Below are positions 1-7,097 of a DNA stretch of 15,230 nt, piece by piece. The stretch lies in NCBI GenBank assembly GCA_049699855.1, contig JBNAWM010000022.1, forward strand, positions 1 to 15,230. The letters run 5' to 3'. How positions within the stretch are numbered: position 1 is the stretch's first letter; each line of letters starts with the position of its first letter. This DNA comes from Candidatus Cryosericum sp. Lineage in GTDB: Bacteria; Caldisericota; Caldisericia; Cryosericales; Cryosericaceae. The position numbers and the translations under genes are program-made. A model generated the notes under the pieces. It saw nothing but the letters and a program-made list of their open reading frames with translations, searched no databases and was not told the origin of the DNA.

Positions 1-1164
1 AACCAGTCCCGTATAGCCATCGCCTACCAGGGGCGGAGGCGACTCGACCTCGCCCTCGACAAAGATCAGTGCTGACGGATCTACCATCCGGATGGCGTCC
101 ACGTAGCGACGCACAAAGGGGACAAGGTAGTCACGCGCAAAATCGACCTCGCGCCCTCCCACATGTGTGAAGTAGTCCGGTTTGAGCAGAGCCGCCTTTC
201 CATCGGCATCCACATCCCAGAGCCCTTCGGCGCGCCAGATGCAGGAAGCACCATCTTTCCATGCACGTGTATGCGTCTCATTCAATCGCCGATGCCCGCG
301 CAGGCGAGCGCCCAGGCCCATGCTCCAGAAGCCAACTTCCTGCTCCAAGCCATCTCCCAGCGCAAAGGACTGCAGCGGCGTCGGCTGATAGTCGACCCTG
401 AGCGCGTTGCTGTGGTTTGTGAGATCCTTCCATCCGATATATCCGTGGGATGGCTCGTTAAGCGGCTCGTACCCGATGACCCCCGGCATGCCCCGGAGGC
501 GACCGGCCACCTGAGCCACGGCATCGATAAAGTGGCGCTGGAGATACTCCTGCACGGGCTCGCCATCGATAAGGACGTGTGGAGCAAAGTCATTGCCCCC
601 AAAGAACAGCGTGAACATCGTCGCGGCCGCCAGGCGACTCAAGTTCGTAGGCCAGATGAGATGCGAATAGGGATCTCCATGCGTCTGGTGGACGATGCAG
701 GCACACGTCTCGACAAACTTCGTCAGATCAAAGCCGACCGCCTCCAGTGTCCACCCCGGCGCCCCATCCCCTCCGGTAAACCGGCTCCAGACATCCTGAT
801 GGGGGTCGATGAACACCGTAAAACCCATCTCCCCTGCCAGCCGTACGACCTGTTCGATGTAATCCAGATATTCGCTGTCATAGAGACCGGGGCCAGCATG
901 CTCGATGGCTTCCCATGTCACCAGAAACCGCAAGGTCGTCAGTCCCCACGACTTCAAGCGCGCAAAATGCTCCTCTGAGTCTGCGAGGGGAAACGGCCGT
1001 CCCACGAACGAAACCATGCGATGGTCAAAGAATCCTTCAGAGTGATGCGTCGCGCCGTCGGGAACCGTCGGGACCTTGGAATCGCCGCCAAGGTTTACCC
1101 CACGCAGGAGCAGCACGCGCCCCTTATCGTCCCTGAACCAGTTTTCGTCAGTGTTCATCGGCAT
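1..1164 (-). CDS. Glycoside hydrolase family 5, endoglycoceramidase-related/steryl-beta-glucosidase-like (GH5_12-like); 3' end runs off the window
   Basis: Not in the ORF track because there is no stop in the window. Hand translation from ATG 1164 (alternative ATG 1158) gives MPMNTDENWFRDDKGRVLLLRGVNLGGDSKVP...SFVGRPFPLADSEEHFARLKSWGLTTLRFLVTWEAIEHAGPGLYD...VFIDPHQDVWSRFTGGDGAPGWTLE...VIGYEPLNEPSHGYIG (GH5 acid/base NEP motif near 452-460), and the same frame reads ALIFVEGE near the left edge. An in-frame TGA at 1174-1176 bounds the start. Confidence 0.9.
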   Translation of the reverse strand, partial: MPMNTDENWFRDDKGRVLLLRGVNLGGDSKVPTVPDGATHHSEGFFDHRMVSFVGRPFPLADSEEHFARLKSWGLTTLRFLVTWEAIEHAGPGLYDSEYLDYIEQVVRLAGEMGFTVFIDPHQDVWSRFTGGDGAPGWTLEAVGFDLTKFVETCACIVHQTHGDPYSHLIWPTNLSRLAAATMFTLFFGGNDFAPHVLIDGEPVQEYLQRHFIDAVAQVAGRLRGMPGVIGYEPLNEPSHGYIGWKDLTNHSNALRVDYQPTPLQSFALGDGLEQEVGFWSMGLGARLRGHRRLNETHTRAWKDGASCIWRAEGLWDVDADGKAALLKPDYFTHVGGREVDFARDYLVPFVRRYVDAIRMVDPSALIFVEGEVESPPPLVGDGYTGLV

Positions 1165-1201
1165 ACCGGGTGGTCAAACCTGTTCCGGATCTGCGTTCTC
1201 A

Positions 1202-1687
1202 TCAGTCGCTGCCAGCCCGTGACCCCAGAGAGGTGCGCGCTGCACAGGGCAGCAACTCAAGAATCACGTTAACCTCGCTCTCATTCAGCGCAAACAGGTC
1301 CATGACCGCACCGTACTCCCTGAGCGCAAACACCTGTTCGCCCTCACGCGACAGAGCGATCTGCCACCACCAGAGAGCATCATGCCCCGACCCATGGCCA
1401 TTCGCAATAGCTTTGCAGAACCCAGGGGTGACTGTGCCCCAGAACATGAGAGCTCCATCCTCGCGCCTCCGTTCGATGGTCTCCGCAAGCGGCATGAGCA
1501 GCTTGATGGCCATGGCATCTTCTCGCTGGCAGACAACCTCGAACACTCCTGCACGGCGGAGGACAAAGTCGGCCAGCGGAACCCAGAATGCCGTCGAGAC
1601 CACCGTCGCCGTATTAGGCAGTATGCCCCTCAGTTCCGGGATCGTGATATGAAGCGAGACGAGCTTGTCTGTCATGTCAGTATCCAT
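1202..1687 (-). CDS. Hypothetical protein (157-161 aa)
   Basis: The ORF fills the gap between co-oriented genes and has a globular-protein-like composition. GGGAG lies upstream of ATG 1687; alternative ATG at 1675. No family recognised. Confidence 0.7.
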   Translation of the reverse strand: MDTDMTDKLVSLHITIPELRGILPNTATVVSTAFWVPLADFVLRRAGVFEVVCQREDAMAIKLLMPLAETIERRREDGALMFWGTVTPGFCKAIANGHGSGHDALWWWQIALSREGEQVFALREYGAVMDLFALNESEVNVILELLPCAARTSLGSRAGSD

Positions 1688-1791
1688 GACATCTGCTCCC
1701 GCTGCTGTTCCGGAACACTATGGGTTGGTTGAGCACTGCTCACCGTCATGACCACCTTTCGCACCTGCTCGGGGATACGTTCCAGCTGTAC

Positions 1792-1800
1792 AGTCTATCA
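1792..1800 (-). promoter_or_regulatory. Putative extended -10 (TGaTAGACT) for the hypothetical + GH5 unit
   Basis: The minus strand reads GTGATAGACT just downstream of the mug stop codon. Motif match only. Confidence 0.35.
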
Positions 1801-1814
1801 CCTGGTGCAGTGAG

Positions 1815-2396
1815 TCAAGGCGTTCCCTCCTCGCTCTCCTGCAGAAAGGAGGCCAGGTCCCGCCATGGTTCAATGTCAAAAAAACGCCGCGCCAGGCCAG
1901 AGGTTGATGGAAGCACCCACAACACGGTTGCGCCGATATGGTCGGCCTGCCGGCCCACTGCCACGCGCCGGCCCAGAAACTGCTGTGCCACCGTCCTGCT
2001 GGTAAACGCAAGGACACGTGGCTGCCAGCGCATGATCTTCGCGCTCAGCAGCAAACGCGCCTGACCCAGGTCGACGTGTCCGTCAAAGATGCGCGCGTCC
2101 TGTCCATGATCCGTCTTGACGAGGTCGGTCAGTCCGATCCCCCACTGCGCCAGAAGGCGGTACTCCGATGGCTGCAGACGCCGCGGGGTCAATCCGACTT
2201 CCGCCAGTGTCTGCCAGAATCGGTTGCCAGGATTGGCATAATAGGCCCGCCGCTTCCAGGACACATCCCCCAACGCCGAACCACAGAAGACGAGCTTCAA
2301 TCCTGCGGACAGCACGTCCGGGATCAGTTCGCCCGGAGCCTCGCCATCAGGCACCGGTCGATCACCGCCACCGCCCAGATTACCTTGTTGTCTCAT
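1815..2396 (-). CDS. mug: Mismatch-specific uracil-DNA glycosylase (UDG family 2, MUG/TDG)
   Basis: IPDVLSAGLKLVFCGSALG...YYANPGNRFWQTL..VGLTPRRLQPSEY...GIGLTDLVK and C-terminal WVLPSTSG motifs of the MUG family. Confidence 0.9.
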   Translation of the reverse strand: MRQQGNLGGGGDRPVPDGEAPGELIPDVLSAGLKLVFCGSALGDVSWKRRAYYANPGNRFWQTLAEVGLTPRRLQPSEYRLLAQWGIGLTDLVKTDHGQDARIFDGHVDLGQARLLLSAKIMRWQPRVLAFTSRTVAQQFLGRRVAVGRQADHIGATVLWVLPSTSGLARRFFDIEPWRDLASFLQESEEGTP

Positions 2397-2402
2397 AGTC
2401 TT

Positions 2403-2411
2403 AGTATAGCA
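2403..2411 (-). promoter_or_regulatory. Extended -10 promoter (TGcTATACT) of mug, 6 nt before the ATG (leaderless arrangement)
   Basis: The minus strand reads TGC TATACT AAGACT ATG, with no Shine-Dalgarno sequence. Confidence 0.6.
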
Positions 2412-2427
2412 GTGTGAAGCCCCTGTC

Positions 2428-2455
2428 TTGCAAAAAGAGCGTGGCCGGCTAATCT
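2428..2455 (+). promoter_or_regulatory. Putative sigma70-type promoter of glnA (TTGCAA-N16-TAATCT)
   Basis: TTGCAA at 2428-2433 and TAATCT at 2450-2455, upstream of SD AAGGAG at 2471-2476. Confidence 0.4.
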
Positions 2456-2481
2456 CAGAGAAACTGTATCAAGGAGCATGC

Positions 2482-4374
2482 ATGAACGGCAAACGCATTT
2501 ACAGCATTGCAGGAGGACAGTGTGGCCGCGAGACCCTGCTGGCCATCCTGCGCGAGCACCCGGAGATCCGGTTTGTCTCCCTTGTCGCCATTGACCTTGC
2601 CGGCAACGACACAGACGAGCGCATCCCCATTCAGACCTTCATTGCCGACATCGATGCCTTCCTGGCCGGCAAGGCAGTGCAGACCGACGGGTCATCGGTT
2701 GTCCTCACCGGAATGACGGCCTTGAACGATGCCCAGGTAGACTTGGTGCCGGACCTGACAGCCACGTGGTTCGTGGATTACAACGAGGAACATGTCGACC
2801 ACGAGACGGGACTTCCTGTGGGGACCCTGCGCATTCCATCCTTCCTCATGCACCACGGGGAGCGCATCGATGCACGGTCGCTGTTGTCTGCCACCATCAC
2901 CTATGCTCAGACAGAGATTCTCAAACTGCTGAAGGACCATGCCTCCTCGCCGTTCCTGAGCCACCTGGAGCCGGCACGTCTGGCCAGGATCGAGTTCACA
3001 GTTGGAACGGAGCTCGAGTTCTGGGTCAAGACCCCCACCGACACCGCCAATGTCGAGGAACTCTCGGCTGCCCAGATCCTGCAGGAGAATTACTGGCAGC
3101 GTACGCGCGGCGTTGCCCGCACGGCTCTCGAGCAGGCCGTCATGGCTCTCGAAGCGTATGGACTGCATCCTGAAATGGGCCACAAGGAGGTTGGGGGCGT
3201 CAAGGCCTCCATCGGAGCAGGCGGTGAACTGACTCACGTCATGGAGCAGATGGAGATTGACTGGTTGTATGCCACCGCCTTGCAGGCCGCTGACAACGAA
3301 CTGCTGGCGCGCATCCTGGTAAAAGAGACGTTCCGTGCCAACGGTCTCACCGTCAACTTCAAGGCAAAACCTATCCCGGGAGTAGCAGGTTCGGGCGAAC
3401 ACACCCACCTGGGCGCTGCGGGCGTTCTGCCCAGCGGCAGACACATCAACCTGTTCGCCCCTGCGGACATGCACGGAGACTTCCTCAGCGTGGTCGGATA
3501 CGGCGCACTGATGGGACTCCTGCGCAACTACGAGGTGGTCAATCCCTTCATCTCCACCAGCAACGACGCATTCAATCGTCTCAAGCCCGGCTTCGAGGCG
3601 CCTGTCTGCATCGTGGCTGCTCTGGGCACCGATCCCGCCACTCCCTCGCGCAACCGCACAGTGTTGGCCGGTCTGGTCCGCGATGTCGATAATCCCCGTG
3701 CTACCCGCTTCGAGTTGCGCTCTCCCAATCCCTACACCAACACGTACCTCGCCGTGGCTGCATCCATCCTTGCCATGCTGGACGGCATCACGTGGGCAGT
3801 CCAGTCTGCCACGTCACCGGAGGCACTTCTTGCCGAGATCTCCAAGAAGGCCGGCGAGCCTGCAGTGTACCTTGAAAAAGACCGTGCCTACCGGGCAGAG
3901 GAAAACGTGTTCGAGAACTATTCACAGGAAGAGCGGGACCGCCTCTTTGGCATCCCCCCTGCCACTGTGTGGGAGAACATGCAGAATCTGACTGCGTTCC
4001 CCGACCGGGTCCGCGTCCTGACTGCAGGGAACGCGCTCACGCCGCGCGTGATCGAAGCGTTCCGCAGTGCGGCCACTGCTCGCTGGAAACACGAGCTCCT
4101 TGTCCGCATTATTCCCGAGGACCTTGAGGTGATCCGCGCCTGCCAACCCCTCGACCTGAACAGTGACCGGGCAAGAGAACTGTGGAACCGCATCGACGCG
4201 CTGCGCCACGAACTGGCCGATGACACTCCCGGACATGCCTCGCTGTGCACCAGACTGACGTCGGCGCTCACACTCGACTCTCTTGAGGAGGCATCCCAGC
4301 TTCAACTTGTCCTCGCTCGTCGCATGGAAGAACTGCGGCAACTGGAGAACGAATACCACAACCTGGTCTTCTAG
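2482..4374 (+). CDS. glnA: Glutamine synthetase family protein, long form (630 aa)
   Basis: GS motifs DGSS, GTELEFWV, EMGHKEVGG, EQMEIDW, KPIPGVAGSGEHTH, NRLKPGFEAP, SRNRT and RFELRSPNP. Start placed at ATG 2482 after SD AAGGAG rather than at TTG 2428. Confidence 0.92.
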   Translation: MNGKRIYSIAGGQCGRETLLAILREHPEIRFVSLVAIDLAGNDTDERIPIQTFIADIDAFLAGKAVQTDGSSVVLTGMTALNDAQVDLVPDLTATWFVDYNEEHVDHETGLPVGTLRIPSFLMHHGERIDARSLLSATITYAQTEILKLLKDHASSPFLSHLEPARLARIEFTVGTELEFWVKTPTDTANVEELSAAQILQENYWQRTRGVARTALEQAVMALEAYGLHPEMGHKEVGGVKASIGAGGELTHVMEQMEIDWLYATALQAADNELLARILVKETFRANGLTVNFKAKPIPGVAGSGEHTHLGAAGVLPSGRHINLFAPADMHGDFLSVVGYGALMGLLRNYEVVNPFISTSNDAFNRLKPGFEAPVCIVAALGTDPATPSRNRTVLAGLVRDVDNPRATRFELRSPNPYTNTYLAVAASILAMLDGITWAVQSATSPEALLAEISKKAGEPAVYLEKDRAYRAEENVFENYSQEERDRLFGIPPATVWENMQNLTAFPDRVRVLTAGNALTPRVIEAFRSAATARWKHELLVRIIPEDLEVIRACQPLDLNSDRARELWNRIDALRHELADDTPGHASLCTRLTSALTLDSLEEASQLQLVLARRMEELRQLENEYHNLVF

Positions 4375-4380
4375 CGCACC

Positions 4381-4409
4381 GTCGGGCGGACTCCAAAGGT
4401 CCGCCCGAC
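4381..4409. terminator. GC-rich hairpin between convergent glnA and mscL
   Basis: GTCGGGCGGAC-tccaaag-GTCCGCCCGAC, a perfect 11-bp stem. No strong U-tract on either side. Confidence 0.65.
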
Positions 4410-4423
4410 CGCTCCATGGTACG

Positions 4424-4867
4424 TCAAGTCAGCTGACTCGTGCAATGCGGGCACCGCGTGGCCCCGGCCGGGATTTCTGTCTTGCAGTAGGGACAGATCT
4501 TTGTCGTGGGAGTTGCGGGCACTGCCTTTCTCTCTGCTACCTCGCGCATCTTGTTCATCGCTCGCACGATGAAGAAGATCACCAGGGCAATGATGAAGAA
4601 ATCGACAATGTTGTTGAGAAACGACCCGATATTGATGGTCGGCGCCCCCGCTGCCTGAGCAGCCGCAAAAGTGGGATACTTGGTGCGGCTGAGATTGATG
4701 TAGATGTTGGAGAAATTGACACGCCCCAGGATCAGCCCGATCGGCGGCATCAAGATATCATTGACCAGCGATGTGACGACCTTTCCTACCGCGCCGCCAA
4801 TGATCACACCCACGGCCAGGTCGATCATATTTCCCTTCAGGGCAAACTTCTTGAACTCATTCCACAT
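4424..4867 (-). CDS. mscL: Large-conductance mechanosensitive channel with C-terminal zinc ribbon
   Basis: MWNEFKKFALKGNMIDLAVGVIIGGAVGKVVTSLVNDILMPPIG...IGSFLNNIVDFFIIA. SD GGAGGT at 4873-4878 supports ATG 4867. The C-terminus carries CPYC-x9-CPHC. Confidence 0.95.
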   Translation of the reverse strand: MWNEFKKFALKGNMIDLAVGVIIGGAVGKVVTSLVNDILMPPIGLILGRVNFSNIYINLSRTKYPTFAAAQAAGAPTINIGSFLNNIVDFFIIALVIFFIVRAMNKMREVAERKAVPATPTTKICPYCKTEIPAGATRCPHCTSQLT

Positions 4868-4884
4868 GGAACACCTCCACAAGC

Positions 4885-4893
4885 AGTATAGCA
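4885..4893 (-). promoter_or_regulatory. Extended -10 (TGcTATACT) of mscL
   Basis: The minus strand reads TGCTATACT about 6 nt upstream of the SD. Confidence 0.5.
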
Positions 4894-4964
4894 CAGGTGT
4901 CCCGCTCCTCTGGGTGACGAAAACTCGCCCGGCAGTCATCGAGGTTTGTCGATTGACCCAGCCG

Positions 4965-4992
4965 TTGAATACAAGGCGACCTGCCCTATACT
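4965..4992 (+). promoter_or_regulatory. Sigma70-type promoter of ktrB-ktrA (TTGAAT-N16-TATACT)
   Basis: TTGAAT at 4965-4970 and TATACT at 4987-4992, about 30 nt before the ktrB start. Confidence 0.55.
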
Positions 4993-5024
4993 GCTGTGCG
5001 TGAAAGGCGCACGGGAAAACTGAC

Positions 5025-6425
5025 ATGATGATGGTGACTGCTGCAAAGCAAAGGCGCTTGTATGCCATCTGGAGATTTGGATCTGGAAACCCTACTCAGC
5101 GAATCGTTCTGAGTTTCGTTGCCGTGATCCTCACCGGCACTTTGCTTCTTCTTCTGCCAATTTCAAGCATCGGACGGCATCCGGGATTCCTGAGAGCCCT
5201 GTTTACGGCGACCAGCGCCACCTGTGTCACAGGGCTGGTGGTTGTGGATACGGGCACCTACTGGACCCTATTTGGACAGGTTGTCATTCTTGCCCTGATT
5301 CAGGTTGGCGGTCTGGGATACATGGTCCTGACCACGATGTTCATTGCCGCGTTTCGTCGCAGGGCTAGGCTGGGCCTGCGTCAGACAGGTGATTTTCGTG
5401 AGAGCGTTCCAACCCCCTTGCGAGGAAATCCCCTTGCATTCGCCCGGGTCATCACCCTTGTCGTCATATCCTGTGAAGGTCTGGGAGCCCTGTTCCTCTC
5501 CCTGCGCTTCCTGCAGACCATGTCTGCCGGCAGGGCTGTGTGGAATGGTATCTTCACCAGCGTGAGCGCATTCTGCAACGCTGGCTTCGACGTGCTTGGG
5601 GGTGGAATGACCAGTTTTGAACCGTATACAGGAGACGTCGTCATCAACCTGGTTATCCCAGGCCTCATCATTATTGGTGGTATCGGCTTTCCGGTCATCA
5701 ACGAACTGGTGCGTCATCTGCATCAGGGGCAACACAGAAGGCTTTCGACGCACGCGCGGACAGCTCTTGCCATGACGGGCGTTCTCATCGTTGGTGGTGC
5801 CGTGCTGATCCTGGTACTCGAGAGCATAACGCCTACGGTATTTGCAGGCCTGCCCCTCAAGGACCGCCTCCTGGCGTCGTGGTTTCAATCCGTGACCGCA
5901 AGGACGGCCGGCTTCGACACACTGCGCATTGGCAGTATGCATTCAACATCACTGATGCTGATCATCCTCCTCATGTTCATTGGAGCCTCGCCGGGCGGAA
6001 CCGGCGGTGGTGTCAAGACGACGACGTTTGCTGTTGTGGCCATGTTTGTATGGGGCGTCATGAATGGTTCAGACCAGACGCATCTGGGCAGCAGAGGTAT
6101 CCGCCGCGAAACGGTCAACAAGGCACTCGTTGTTCTTGTGCTCAGTCTTTTCATCGTCATCGGCGGAACCTTTCTGCTGGCCCTCACCGATGGCGGCAAA
6201 TTTCCGGCACTGAACCTCCTCTTTGAGGTCACATCCGCCTTTGGGACAGTGGGACTCAGCACTGGCATCACCCCATCGTTGTCCGCAGGCGCCAAGTACA
6301 TCCTTGTTGCCGTCATGCTGGCGGGACGCGTGGGAGTGCTCTCGGCCACCCTGAGCCTGCTGTCTCCCATGCAACAGCATAAACACCCGATTCACTTCGC
6401 TGAAGATGATGTCGCGATTGGCTAG
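5025..6425 (+). CDS. ktrB: Trk/Ktr potassium uptake membrane subunit (KtrB/TrkH family)
   Basis: Four pore-loop signatures (SATCVTGL, SAFCNAGF, TARTAGF, SAFGTVGLS), plus GASPGGTGGGVKTTT and MLAGRVG. The exact start among 5025/5028/5031/5034 is uncertain. Confidence 0.93.
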   Translation: MMMVTAAKQRRLYAIWRFGSGNPTQRIVLSFVAVILTGTLLLLLPISSIGRHPGFLRALFTATSATCVTGLVVVDTGTYWTLFGQVVILALIQVGGLGYMVLTTMFIAAFRRRARLGLRQTGDFRESVPTPLRGNPLAFARVITLVVISCEGLGALFLSLRFLQTMSAGRAVWNGIFTSVSAFCNAGFDVLGGGMTSFEPYTGDVVINLVIPGLIIIGGIGFPVINELVRHLHQGQHRRLSTHARTALAMTGVLIVGGAVLILVLESITPTVFAGLPLKDRLLASWFQSVTARTAGFDTLRIGSMHSTSLMLIILLMFIGASPGGTGGGVKTTTFAVVAMFVWGVMNGSDQTHLGSRGIRRETVNKALVVLVLSLFIVIGGTFLLALTDGGKFPALNLLFEVTSAFGTVGLSTGITPSLSAGAKYILVAVMLAGRVGVLSATLSLLSPMQQHKHPIHFAEDDVAIG

Positions 6426-6437
6426 GAGGAACACACA

Positions 6438-7097
6438 ATGAAACAGAGAATCGGCGTTATCGGCCTTGGCAAGTTTGGAAGATCCTGCGCCATACGCCTG
6501 GCGGAACTGGGATTTGAGGTATTGGCAATCGACGAGACACAAGGCAACGTTGACAGCATCAAAGACATGGTTGCCCTGGCCGTGGTCGCCGACACGACAG
6601 ATGCATCGGAACTGGAGGCAGCTGGTATCACCAGTTGTGACACGGTTGTGTTGACGATCGGAGCGGAGATCGACCACAGCGTGCTGACGGCAGCCGTGCT
6701 CAAGGAAATGGGTATTCACCACCTTGTGGCCAGAGCGTCATCCGACCTGCATGGAAAGCTCCTGACCCGCATTGGTGCTGATGATGTCGTGTTTCCTGAA
6801 CATGACATGGCCATTCGTCTTGCCAACCGCCTGAGCTTGTCCAGCATCTATGACTTTCTCGAGTCCTCGCCCGACTATGACATCCTGGAGGTTCCCATTC
6901 CTCGTGGTGCAGCCGGCAAGACGCTGCGTGATCTCGACTATCGTGCCCGCTTCGAGATCAACGTTGTGGGCGTTCGGCGCGGCGGCGAGATCGTCATCAC
7001 CCTCCACTCCGATGATGTCCTCGAAGCAGGAGACCGCCTGATCATTCTGGGCAGTGTGCCCAATCTGCACCGTTTCGCCATTCAGACGCGTTCGTGA
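6438..7097 (+). CDS. ktrA: Ktr/Trk regulatory RCK subunit (TrkA_N + TrkA_C)
   Basis: VIGLGKFG Rossmann motif, IGADDVVFPEHDMA and GKTLRDLDYRARFEINVVGVRR. SD AGGAGG overlaps the ktrB stop. Confidence 0.93.
   Translation: MKQRIGVIGLGKFGRSCAIRLAELGFEVLAIDETQGNVDSIKDMVALAVVADTTDASELEAAGITSCDTVVLTIGAEIDHSVLTAAVLKEMGIHHLVARASSDLHGKLLTRIGADDVVFPEHDMAIRLANRLSLSSIYDFLESSPDYDILEVPIPRGAAGKTLRDLDYRARFEINVVGVRRGGEIVITLHSDDVLEAGDRLIILGSVPNLHRFAIQTRS

Noticed and set aside
163..978. 271 aa plus-strand ORF
   Set aside because: Antisense shadow of the GH5 gene, which carries clear family motifs on the minus strand.
2692..3474. 260 aa minus-strand ORF
   Set aside because: Antisense shadow inside glnA with no recognisable motifs.
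4993..5024. c-di-AMP (ydaO) riboswitch expected upstream of ktr genes
   Set aside because: The predicted leader is only about 30 nt with one small hairpin (GTGCG..CGCAC); it is too short and lacks the consensus.
4868..5068. N-terminal extension of MscL in the ORF track (214 aa)
   Set aside because: It overlaps the ktrB promoter and start; MscL homology and the SD begin at ATG 4867.
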